Positions 51,581 through 60,685 of a DNA stretch of 64,000 nucleotides are shown piece after piece. The DNA is from an uncultured delta proteobacterium (GTDB lineage: Bacteria; Myxococcota_A; Polyangia; Polyangiales; Polyangiaceae). Within the stretch, counting starts at the first letter, position 1. Each line of letters starts with the position of its first letter. The DNA is taken from NCBI GenBank assembly GCA_963850305.1, contig CAWKKR010000007.1:448001-512000 (forward strand), given 5' to 3'. The notes under the pieces are model-generated. The model made no database searches. It was given only the letters and a program-made list of their open reading frames with translations, and was not told where the DNA came from. Position numbers and translations under genes: made by a program.

Positions 51581-51994
51581 ATGGCAGTGCATCAAGAAGT
51601 GGTCGATGCCGCCACTGGTCACGCCGGGCTGATCGATGTGACCCCATTCGTGGCGAGCGTCGTCGCGCGTGCGAACGTCCAGACGGGGCTCTGTCACGTC
51701 TTCGTCCAGCACACGTCCGCGAGCCTCGTGATCCAGGAGAATGCGGATCCGGCAGTCCTGCGTGATCTGTCGCGATGGCTGTCGGAGCTCGCGCCGGAAG
51801 CCCGCGCGTGGGAACACGACGCGGAGGGGCCCGACGACATGCCCGCACATGCTCGAAGCGCCGTGACGCGCACCTCGGAGACGATACCCGTTGCAGACGG
51901 CCGCCTCGCGCTGGGGACGTGGCAGGCGCTGTACCTTTGGGAGCATCGCGCCCACGCGCACACGCGGCGCCTCGTGATCACAGTGTACTCTTGA
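51581..51994 (+). CDS. yjbQ: YjbQ (UPF0047) family protein
   Basis: HTSASLVIQENADP, HDAEGPDDMPAH, LGTWQ. Confidence 0.92.
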   Translation: MAVHQEVVDAATGHAGLIDVTPFVASVVARANVQTGLCHVFVQHTSASLVIQENADPAVLRDLSRWLSELAPEARAWEHDAEGPDDMPAHARSAVTRTSETIPVADGRLALGTWQALYLWEHRAHAHTRRLVITVYS

Positions 51995-52113
51995 GCGTGC
52001 CCCTCGGTCGCTGACGCGCAAGCGTCGGTTCGTGGACGATTGCCGCCCCGGTTCTAGCCCTGCTAGCATCCCACGTTTACCGGACAGGCCTCGTCGTTCG
52101 GCGGAGCTGAGCC

Positions 52114-53248
52114 ATGACGTTCGACCTTCGCAGGATCGCCTCCCTTGGCGCGCTCGTGAGCGCCTGCGCCCTGACGGCTTGCACGAGTGGCGGCACCGGC
52201 CAGCCCGCGAGTACGGACGCAGGGCCGTCGAAGCCCGACGGCGCGGTTCACGTCTTCGGCAAATGCGGCGACACGCCGCCCGCGGGCGCCACCCTCGCGC
52301 CGGACCCGCCCTCGTACGCAGGACAATGTCCCGCACTCGTCCCGGGCGCCAACTTCAATCACATCACGAGCAGCGGGACGGATCGTGAGTTCCTGCTCGT
52401 CGTGCCCGACGACATCAAACCCGACGAGCGTCTCCCGCTCGTGTTCCTCTGGCACTGGGTCGGCGGGAGCGCCCAGGAGTTCTACGCGATCGCCGACGCG
52501 CAGGACGCCGTGAATCGGAATCGATTCATCGCGGTCATCCCGCAGGGCATCGGTTCATTCCCGTCGGACTGGCGGGGCTGGTACACGGGCGATCCGCCCG
52601 AGGACGAGACCGAGGAGTTCCAGTTCTTCGACGACATGCTCGCGTGCGTGTCGGAGCAGCTCCCGGTGGACAAGAACTGCGTCTCCACCGCCGGCGTCAG
52701 CGACGGCGCTCTCTGGTCGTCCCAGCTCATCGGGGGCCGCGGGCAATATCTGTCGTCGGCGATCATCCTGTCGGGCGGCGTGCAGAGCCCCCTCGATTCG
52801 ACAACGGATTCTGATCCGGCCCTACATTCCGGCACCGCGGGCGATGCCTGTCGTCGTCCTGTGGGGCGGTCCTGACGACATCTGCGTCGTCCTCCACTTT
52901 CAGCCGGCCACGAAGGAGCTCGAGAAAGACCTCGTCGCGGAGAATCACTTCATCGTCGAGTGCGAGCACAACTGCGGCCATGCGGTTCCGCCGCTTCCGG
53001 TCGTGGAAGGCGGCATCTCCCTCGACATGATGTGGAACTTCGTGAAGGACCACCCTTATTGGCTCCCACCTGGCGAATCGCCGTATCAGCGGACCGGCCT
53101 TCCCGACGGCTGGCCGTCGTGGTGCGCCATCGGTGCCGGCAATGCCGTCGAGCGAACGGGGGGAGGGTGTGGGAGTCTCGCGTGTCCGGTGCTGTCCCTG
53201 CCCGACGCTGGCGCTCCGAACGGGTCGTCGCAGGACGCGGGGCCCTGA
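52114..53248 (+). CDS. Alpha/beta-hydrolase (LpqC/PHB-depolymerase-like) lipoprotein (apparent frameshift ~52810)
   Basis: PLVFLWH, GVSDG nucleophile elbow, WGG..D, H..GH; 378 codons when repaired. Confidence 0.78.
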
Positions 53249-53305
53249 TCGGCGGGCCCGCGGCTGGCTGAACATCGCTCTCGGCCCTAAACGTTTCGTC
53301 GACCG

Positions 53306-53890
53306 ATGACGGCGCCGCTCGATCTCTCCGACTTCCTCCGTCTCGTTCGAGAAGACTTCGTCGCGCACGGACGCGACGCGACGCGGCCGGGGTTTCAGGC
53401 GCTGCTCGTCCACCGCTTCGGCGTTTTTCGCATGCGAGTGAAGTCGAAGGCACTCCGAGCGCCGCTCAGCGTCGCTTATCGCGCTCTCTTCCGCGCGGTC
53501 CGGAACTTCTACGGCATCGAGCTCCCGTATTCGGCGACGATCGGGCGGAGGGTCGTGTTCGAGCATCAGCACGGGATCGTCGTTCACGGCGCGGTCGTGC
53601 TCGGAGACGACTGCATCGTCCGGCAAGGAGTCACGCTCGGCATCCGGCGCATGGACGATCTCGGCGGCGCTCCCGTCCTCGGGTGCGGCGTCGGCATCGG
53701 TGCTGGAGCCAAGGTCCTCGGACGGGTCCGGGTGGGCGACGGCGCCGAGATTGGCGCGAATGCCGTCGTGCTCGGGGACGTGCCGGCGGGCGCGCTCGTC
53801 GTGGGGGTGCCGGCGCGGGTGGTTCGCCGCCGGGCGGAGGAGCGAGCGGGCGATGCGACCGTTACGCCCATCGCGCGCGCCGGGATCTGA
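53306..53890 (+). CDS. Serine O-acetyltransferase-like hexapeptide transferase
   Basis: GIELP...HQHGIVVH, RQGVTLG, IGANAVV, VGVPAR. Confidence 0.88.
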   Translation: MTAPLDLSDFLRLVREDFVAHGRDATRPGFQALLVHRFGVFRMRVKSKALRAPLSVAYRALFRAVRNFYGIELPYSATIGRRVVFEHQHGIVVHGAVVLGDDCIVRQGVTLGIRRMDDLGGAPVLGCGVGIGAGAKVLGRVRVGDGAEIGANAVVLGDVPAGALVVGVPARVVRRRAEERAGDATVTPIARAGI

Positions 53891-53896
53891 CGAAGC

Positions 53897-55310
53897 TCAG
53901 CTCGTGCGGGTGCGGATCGCGTTCAGGCAATCGTACGCCGCGTACTTGTACGAATCGGAGAGGGTCGGAAAGTTGAAGACCATGTCGATGAACAGGTCGA
54001 CCGTGCCTTCGAGGTGGATCGCGACCTGGCCGATGTGAACGAGCTCGGTGGCATTCTCGCCGACGACGTGCACGCCGAGGAGCCTCTTCGTCTTCGTGCA
54101 CACGACCAGCTTGACCATGCCCTCGGTGTCACCCACGATTTTTCCACGCGGGTTGGTCGCATAAAAGGCGCGCCCCACGACCGCGTCGCGGTTCGTCTCG
54201 CGGCACGAGCGCTCCGTCTCGCCGACGCTGCTGAGCTCCGGGATCGTGTAGATGCCGTACGGCATGGTGCGCGACACCGCCGTCTTGTACCCGAACCCGA
54301 ACGCGTGACAGACCGCGACGCGACCTTGCTCCATCGACACGGACGCGAGCGCGGGAAACCCGATGACGTCTCCCGCCGCGATGATGCCGGGCACGGACGT
54401 GCGGAACTTCTCGTCGACCGCGATGTAGCCGCGCGCGTCGAGCTTCACGCCCACCCGATCGAGTCCGAGCCCTTCGGTGTTGCCGACGCGGCCGGCCGCG
54501 AACAGGAGCTGATCCGAGTGCAGCGTCGAGCCGTCCGACAGCGTGACCTCGACCGCGTCCTCCGTGCTCGCCACACTCGTCCACTTCACACCCTGGCGGA
54601 GCTCGATGCCGAGCCGCCGCATGGACTCGAGGAGCCGGAGCACGATCTCGTCGTCGAGGAACGTGAGAAGCTTGTCCCGCGTGTCGACGAGCACGACCTT
54701 CGTCCCGAGCGCGGCGAACATGCACGCGTACTCGCACCCGATGACGCCCGCGCCGAGTATGACGAGGCGGTCCGGCAGCAGGGCGATACCGAGGATCTCG
54801 TCGGAGTCGTGGATGCGGTCGCTCTGCGAAGCCGATGTCCTTCGGCTGGAGGGGCCGCGAGCCCGTCGTGATGAGCACGAACTCGCCCGTGAGCCGCTTC
54901 TCGCCGTGCTGGCACGTCACGATCACCGTGTGCGGATCCTCGAACCGCCCGACGCCGTGTACGTACGTCACCCCGTGCCGCAGCAGATTGGCGCGGATCC
55001 TCGCCGACTCCGACGCGGCGATCACGTCCTTCCTCGCCATCAATTGTTCGAGCTCCGCGGTGCGATCGAGCTCGACCGCGACCCCGTAGAGCTCGCGCGC
55101 CTTGTGCCCCGAGAGATAAATCGCCGTTTCGCGCAGCGTCTTGCTCGGCAGGGTCCCCGTGTGCACGCCCGCCCCTCCCGGCTCGGGCGCTCGTTCGACG
55201 ACCGCGACCTTCTTGCCGAAGTAAGCCGCCTGCGCCGCCGCCTTCTCCCCCGCGGGTCCAGTCCCGATGATGACCAGATCGAATCGCTCGACAGAAGTGT
55301 CGGTCATCAT
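53897..55310 (-). CDS. sthA: Soluble pyridine nucleotide transhydrogenase (apparent frameshift ~54825)
   Basis: GTGPAGE, HTGTLPSKTLRE, GDVIGFPALAS.SMEQGR, GIYTIPE, FNFPTLS..YK.AA; 471 codons when repaired. Confidence 0.9.
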
Positions 55311-55631
55311 GAGAGGATACACTGTCGGGCGCCGCTTTCTCGGTCTCGGTTGATCTCCCGCGCGCTTTGTCGCGAAGGCCCACGCGTCCCAGCGTCGCGC
55401 GGCGCGCTCGCGAGGCAGCGTTGTCCCCTCCCACGGCGCCCGCAGGCGTTGCGCCGAGGACGACGTCGGGGAGGGGCAAGCGCCGCGGCGGCGGCGCGGG
55501 GGTGGGCAGGCAGAGGAGCACACGAAGACCGAAAGGCGGGAAGAGTTTGAGATTTGCTTCGGCGGCGCTCTCGACGGCAACGGTACGCCACCGGAGCGTC
55601 GCGGGATCTGGTAGGGAGCGTTTCCAGCGCC

Positions 55632-56204
55632 ATGCTCGACCTTCGTAGTACGACTCCGAGAGAGTGGCTCGACGTCGTGTTCGCGGATTTCGGCGCGTTC
55701 CTGGTCGACCATGCGCTCTGCGAGCGAAAAGCGAGCGCGATGGGGATGTCGCTCGTCGCGAAGTACCCGGACCGGACGGCGATCCTCGAGCCGCTCATCG
55801 CGTTCGCGCGCGAGGAGCTGGAACATTTTCACATCATGTATCGCATCGTGGAGAAGCGCGGGCTCTGCCTCGTCGGGGACGAGAAGGACGCCTACGTGAA
55901 CGCGCTCCGGAAGCTTTCGCGAAGCGGAAGCGACGAGCTCTTTCTGGATCGGTTGATCGTGCCGGGCATCGTGGAAGCGCGCGGGTGCGAGCGGCTCCAG
56001 CTGGTCGCGGGCGCGATCGAGGAGCCGGAGCTGCGCGAGACGTACAGGGAGCTCGCGCGGGCCGAGTCGCGACACCACGGGCTCTTCTTCCGGCTCGCGC
56101 GAGCTTACTTCCCCGAAGACGTCGTGCAGACGCGCGCCGACGAACTCCTCGACGCGGAAGCGAGCATCGTGGAGCGGCTTCCATTTCGCGCCGCGGTGCA
56201 TTGA
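55632..56204 (+). CDS. miaE: tRNA-(ms2io6A37) hydroxylase family
   Basis: DHALCERKA, REELEHF, EARGCER, ESRHH. Confidence 0.88.
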   Translation: MLDLRSTTPREWLDVVFADFGAFLVDHALCERKASAMGMSLVAKYPDRTAILEPLIAFAREELEHFHIMYRIVEKRGLCLVGDEKDAYVNALRKLSRSGSDELFLDRLIVPGIVEARGCERLQLVAGAIEEPELRETYRELARAESRHHGLFFRLARAYFPEDVVQTRADELLDAEASIVERLPFRAAVH

Positions 56205-56302
56205 CGTCTGTCACGCTGACTGGACGCATCGCACCTTGGCTGTCGATGTGGGCGGGGCGCTGTCGCTAGGCGTCCCGGACAGCCGCGAGTAGACTCGGCG
56301 GT

Positions 56303-57376
56303 GTGAGTTCCACGAGATTCTGGCCATCGTTGCTCGTGGGCGCGATGAGCGTGGCCTGCGCCACAGGAGAGACCGTCGACGGGCAGGTGTCTGGTATCGA
56401 CAACGACGGCTCGGTCGCGACGTCAGGCGGCGCGACGGCATCGGGCGGCACGACGGCATCGGGCGGCACGACGGCATCGGGCGGCGCGACGGCATCGGGC
56501 GGCACGACGGCATCGGGCGGCACGACGGCATCGGGCGGCGCGACGGCATCGGGCGGCGCGACGGCATCGGGCGGCACGACGGCATCGGGCGGCGCGACGG
56601 CATCGGGCGGCACGACGGCATCGGGCGGCGCGACGGCATCGGGCGGCGCGACGGCATCGGGCGGCGCGACGGCATCGGGCGGCGCGACGGCATCGGGCGG
56701 CACGACGGCATCGGGCGGCGCGACGGCATCGGGCGGCGCGACGGCATCGGGCGGCGCGACGTCGACGAGCACGGTGACCTTCGGGGGCGTGTTCGCGAGC
56801 CCTTCACCGAAGTGCACGGTTCCGGCCTGCTACACGGGTAACTCCCTCGCCGGGGGCGCGTGTGCATGCCCTGCCGGGTTTTCCGCGCTCGGGTCGGTCA
56901 CGTTCCTGGACGACCGCGGCTGCCCGACGGGCAATCCGCCGTATGGCTGGTCGTCGATGACGGTGTGCGGCGCGGCGGCGTTCGCACCTACCGCCGACTT
57001 CGGCGGCGTCTATCAGCTGAACGGCACGACGTGCGCGGTCGGCAATCCCATGGCGGGGGGCGCCTGTGCGTGCCCTTCGGGATCTCAGGCGATCGAGCTC
57101 CTCTCCGACGGCTCGTGCTGGGAAGACGAGACGCTAGGCCTCTGCTGGAACGGCTCCGCGCCGCTCACTGCGTTCGGCGGCGCTTACGAGGAGAGCGATG
57201 AATCCTCGCAGGGCACCAACGGCTGCATCGTCCCGAATCCGGCAGCCGGCAACGCGTGCGCATGCCCCGCGGGTACGACCGCGATCCAGATCCGCGACGT
57301 ATATGGTCTCGGCGACCACAATTGCAAGAGCACCGGGGCCATCGCCGGATACCTCTACGTGTGCGCCGCGTCCTGA
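56303..57376 (+). CDS. Lipoprotein with (SGG[A/T]TA)n linker and three FGG/CxCP Cys repeats
   Basis: SVAC lipobox; repeats visible in the translation. Confidence 0.82.
   Translation: MSSTRFWPSLLVGAMSVACATGETVDGQVSGIDNDGSVATSGGATASGGTTASGGTTASGGATASGGTTASGGTTASGGATASGGATASGGTTASGGATASGGTTASGGATASGGATASGGATASGGATASGGTTASGGATASGGATASGGATSTSTVTFGGVFASPSPKCTVPACYTGNSLAGGACACPAGFSALGSVTFLDDRGCPTGNPPYGWSSMTVCGAAAFAPTADFGGVYQLNGTTCAVGNPMAGGACACPSGSQAIELLSDGSCWEDETLGLCWNGSAPLTAFGGAYEESDESSQGTNGCIVPNPAAGNACACPAGTTAIQIRDVYGLGDHNCKSTGAIAGYLYVCAAS
56423..56761. repeat. 18-bp tandem repeat TCGGGCGGC[G/A]CGACGGCA, 18 full units plus one partial
   Basis: Counted directly; in frame. Confidence 0.95.
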
Positions 57377-57455
57377 GGATGGTCGCGCCGAGCAGGCCGG
57401 AGTCGCGGGTGTCGCCCCGAGCGGCGCGGCCCTCTGCTATGAAAGACCTGCGCCC

Positions 57456-57635
57456 ATGGCAAAGGTGCTCTGTCCGCATTGCGGCGAAGCGATCGACACC
57501 TTCCCCGATCTCGGCGGCGGTGAGGACCAGGAATACATAGAGGACTGCTCGGTCTGCTGTCGTCCCATCCTGTTTCACGCGATCCTCGACGAGGCCAGCG
57601 AGGAGTTCGTCGTCGAGGCGTCACCGGAGGTGTGA
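57456..57635 (+). CDS. CPXCG-motif Cys-rich small protein
   Basis: CPHCGE...YIEDCSVCCRPI. Confidence 0.88.
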   Translation: MAKVLCPHCGEAIDTFPDLGGGEDQEYIEDCSVCCRPILFHAILDEASEEFVVEASPEV

Positions 57636-57700
57636 GTGGACGAGCTCCGCTCAGCAAGAGTCCACACGTACCTCGGCGTGATCGCACCCAGGATCTTGCC

Positions 57701-57995
57701 GTGATCGACAAAGACCGTACCGCGATCGGCGCAGACTACGCCGAGATCAGCAAAGATCGCGACGTGGTCGATGCCGAATCTCGCGATGATCGACACTGAT
57801 CTCGCCATGATCGGCACAGACGAGGCCGTGATCGGCATCGATCTCGCGATGGTCGACACTGATCTCGCCGTGATCGGCACAGATGAGGCCGTGATCGGCA
57901 TCGATCTCGCGATGGTCGACACTGATCTCGCCGTGATCGACGCACATCTCGCGACGATCGACACTGATCTCGCCGCGCTCAGCGCTGATCGTCTC
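57701..57995. repeat. Degenerate 21-bp tandem array (14 units), consensus ~RTGATCGRCACWGATCTCGCS
   Basis: Units parsed by hand; 63-bp higher-order duplication 57786-57848/57849-57911. Confidence 0.9.
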
Positions 57996-58160
57996 ACTGT
58001 TCGTCATCCGTGCGATCTGGGATGAACTTATCATCGCGACTTCGTGTGTGAATGTCATCCGGCGCGTGGAGGACTCGCCACGAAGCTCGCCGATGGGACT
58101 CGAATGGCGGGCCGAGGTGGCCAGTGAGAAGAACGATCGCGAACAGTTCAATCCCCCGGG

Positions 58161-58212
58161 TTGACAGTTGGAATGGCGGGCCTATCTCTGTGTCGCATAT
58201 GGAGGAAGGGAG
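58161..58212 (+). promoter_or_regulatory. Candidate sigma70 promoter (-35 TTGACA) and purine-rich RBS
   Basis: TTGACA 58161-58166; weak -10 TATCTC 58183-58188; GGAGGAAGGGAG 58201-58212. Confidence 0.45.
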
Positions 58213-58220
58213 TCCGTGTC

Positions 58221-58793
58221 ATGAACCCGCATTCCAGCAAAGCCGTTCTCATGCAATTCGAGGGAAGCGTCATGGACGCGCTCGCGAAGATCATCCCCAA
58301 GGCGACGCTGCCGGTGGGGGGCAAGCTCGTGACGAGCAAGGAGCTGCGGGGGCGTATCCAGACGCACGTGGACACCATGGACGCGCTGGTCCAAGCACGG
58401 GCGAAGGTGTCCCAGCTCGTCGCTCTCGATCGGCAGCAACGCGCCGAGCTGATGTCCGTGATGGCCGGGATCCAGCATTACGTGGCCGGGCTGTTCGGCG
58501 AGCACAGCATGGAGTTCGCCTCGTTCGGCTTCAAGCCGAAGAAGGTGCCGCAGCGGACGGTCGAGTCGAAGGCGCAGGCCGCGGAGAAGCTGCGCGCGAC
58601 GCGCCTCGCGCGGCACACTTTGGGCAAGCGACAGAAAGCGTCGATCCACGGAATGCCCGCGACTCCGAAGGCCGACCCAGCCGTCCCGCCCGCGCTGGCG
58701 GCGAGCGTTCCGTCCTCCAGCACGCCTCCCGTCAACGCGGGGGCAAACGGTGCGGTGAGGACGACGTCCATCCTGAACGGCGCGGCGCACTGA
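58221..58793 (+). CDS. Uncharacterised alpha-helical basic protein (190 aa)
   Basis: RBS; helical core, FG..S.EFASFGFKPKK, basic KLRATRLARHTLGKRQK, Pro/Ala tail. Confidence 0.8.
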   Translation: MNPHSSKAVLMQFEGSVMDALAKIIPKATLPVGGKLVTSKELRGRIQTHVDTMDALVQARAKVSQLVALDRQQRAELMSVMAGIQHYVAGLFGEHSMEFASFGFKPKKVPQRTVESKAQAAEKLRATRLARHTLGKRQKASIHGMPATPKADPAVPPALAASVPSSSTPPVNAGANGAVRTTSILNGAAH

Positions 58794-59010
58794 GTGACGT
58801 GACCGGGAGGGGAAGTTCGATGCCGGGGCAGCGGCAGTTCCGGCGCGCTCGGCGCCAACGATAACGAGCCGTCTTCCGGGAGTGCGCGGCTTGCGGAACG
58901 GCGCAATCCGTGCGCCCTCTTTTCGGATCGACACGCGTCGCCGCCGTATTCCCGCCGCCGCATTCGCGCAGAAGATTCCCGGCGCGGCGCTTGCAACTCC
59001 GTGAGGAGCC

Positions 59011-60063
59011 ATGAAGATTCCTCGGTACGTGGGTGAGTTGATGTCCCGCGACGTGCTGTGCGTCACGGAGGATCAGGACTTCCGTGACGTCGAAAACCCC
59101 ATGCGCCTGTTCAAGTTCCGGCACATGCCGGTCACCGACGACCGGCGGCTGGTCGGGCTCGTTACCCAGCGCGATCTGCTCCGTGTGTCGGCAAGCTCGC
59201 TCCTCCCGGGCGCTCCGGAGCAGACGGCGCACCTGGCGAAGGAGTACCGGATTCGCGACGTCATGACGCGCACGCCGAGGGCCGTCGAGCCCGAGACCCC
59301 GCTGGTCGAAGCTGCCCGCCTGATGCAGCACGAGAAGCTCGGGTGCCTGCCCGTCGTGAACGGCGACAACGTGGTCGTGGGCATCCTGACCGAGGCGGAC
59401 TTCGTCCGGCTCGTGAAGCAGATCCTCGAGAACGAGGATCAGGGCTCGTCCGAGCGCCTCTCGGGCGAGGCTCACGCCGGCCGCGCCTCGCTGAGGCCGA
59501 CTCTCGCGTCGTTGACGAGCGAGCACGTGGTGATCCGGCGCGCCCTCGCCGCGCTCGGAGCCTACGCGAAGCGGCTGGAGACGGACCCGAAAGCGGATGT
59601 CCAGGATCTCGTTCGATTCGCGGAGTTCTTCGAGACGTTCGTCGAGTTGTGGCACCACGGGAAGGAGGAGGACATCCTGCTGCCTGCGCTCGTCACCTGC
59701 GGCTTCGGGTGGGACTCGGGTCCGGTCGCCCGCGTCCGGAAGGATCACGACCAGGAGAACTACCTGTCACGGGTTCTCTCGCAGGCCGCCGCCCAGAGCG
59801 CTACATGGACCGCCCAGGATCGACGCCAGGCCCTCGACGTCATCCGGAACTTCATCGAATTCGAGCTGGAGCACATGGATCGGGAGGAGAGCGTGCTCTA
59901 CAAGGCCGCCGCCGAGAGGCTGTCCGCGGAAATCATCTCCGACATGGACCGTCGGTTCTCCGAGCTCGAAGCCCGGACCTTCGCCACCGACACGTACGAG
60001 GAAGTGCGGCGACGGGCGGAGGAGCTGTTCGAGCGACTTCTCGTGGCCCCAGGGGGCAGGTAA
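59011..60063 (+). CDS. CBS-pair + hemerythrin-like domain fusion
   Basis: Two CBS motifs (RHMPV..GLVTQRD; GCLPVV..GILTEAD); EH...HHGKEEDILLP...H...EHMDREE. Confidence 0.88.
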   Translation: MKIPRYVGELMSRDVLCVTEDQDFRDVENPMRLFKFRHMPVTDDRRLVGLVTQRDLLRVSASSLLPGAPEQTAHLAKEYRIRDVMTRTPRAVEPETPLVEAARLMQHEKLGCLPVVNGDNVVVGILTEADFVRLVKQILENEDQGSSERLSGEAHAGRASLRPTLASLTSEHVVIRRALAALGAYAKRLETDPKADVQDLVRFAEFFETFVELWHHGKEEDILLPALVTCGFGWDSGPVARVRKDHDQENYLSRVLSQAAAQSATWTAQDRRQALDVIRNFIEFELEHMDREESVLYKAAAERLSAEIISDMDRRFSELEARTFATDTYEEVRRRAEELFERLLVAPGGR

Positions 60064-60114
60064 GCAACGCCCGCGATTCCATCGTCAGAAGCGGAACCGG
60101 GCCACGATGCCCAC

Positions 60115-60633
60115 TCAGTCGAGCGGCATGAGCGCCCGGCTGCGGGCCCCAGCGCTTCTTCGACCGGCTCCCCTCCGAGACGGTGATCGGCGAGCAGTCG
60201 CGCCGTCTCCGGTGCATTGGGAGCAAGTTCCGTAGAAGACGACGGAGAAGTTTGCCTTGGCGAAGCCGTGGATGTCGCGCAGGGCTGCGTCGATGCGTTC
60301 GAAGAGCTTTCGATCTCCGGTCTTGGCCTTGCCGCACACCTTGCAGATGTAGAAGTGGTGCACCCTGCGGTCGAGCACGTACTGAAAGCACTTGCCGACG
60401 CCCGGGAGCTTGAGCTCCTGGATGATCTCGAGCTTCTTGAACGTCTCGAGGTTCCTGTAGATGCTCGCCCGGTCGATGCGCACGGGCTGTCGATCCATGT
60501 AAGCGTGGATCTCGCCGAGGCCGATGCGACGCGAGCTCCGATCGAGGATGAACTGGAGAAGGATGCGCCGGCCGGCAGTGATGCGCATCCCGTTGGACTT
60601 GAGGAGGGCTAGGAGGTCCTGATGCCTCTTCAT
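60115..60633 (-). CDS. Fur-family (Zur-like) transcriptional regulator
   Basis: RITAGR, SIYRNL, HHFYICKVCG, GTCSQC. Confidence 0.9.
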   Translation of the reverse strand: MKRHQDLLALLKSNGMRITAGRRILLQFILDRSSRRIGLGEIHAYMDRQPVRIDRASIYRNLETFKKLEIIQELKLPGVGKCFQYVLDRRVHHFYICKVCGKAKTGDRKLFERIDAALRDIHGFAKANFSVVFYGTCSQCTGDGATARRSPSRRGAGRRSAGARSRALMPLD

Positions 60634-60652
60634 ATTGCACGATATTGCAATA
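60633..60652. promoter_or_regulatory. Inverted repeat TATTGCA-N6-TGCAATA, candidate Fur/Zur operator
   Basis: Perfect 7-bp arms in the short divergent intergenic region. Confidence 0.65.
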
Positions 60653-60685
60653 GCAGCTACGCTCGGTCAATCCGTTCCGGAGCTC

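Noticed and set aside
3776..55310. Split genes (kinase, speA, CPBP, 18379 gene, 36339 gene, hydrolase, sthA) as pseudogenes or programmed frameshifts
   Set aside because: Each is repaired by removing one base, both halves look intact, and there are no canonical slippery heptamers; sequencing indels are the simpler explanation.
55415..55485. GC-rich hairpin between divergent sthA and miaE
   Set aside because: About 11-bp bulged stem, single copy, no recognisable riboswitch or ncRNA motif; plausible by chance at this GC content.
56423..57995. The 18-bp and 21-bp arrays as CRISPR
   Set aside because: No unique spacers between units and no cas genes in the window.
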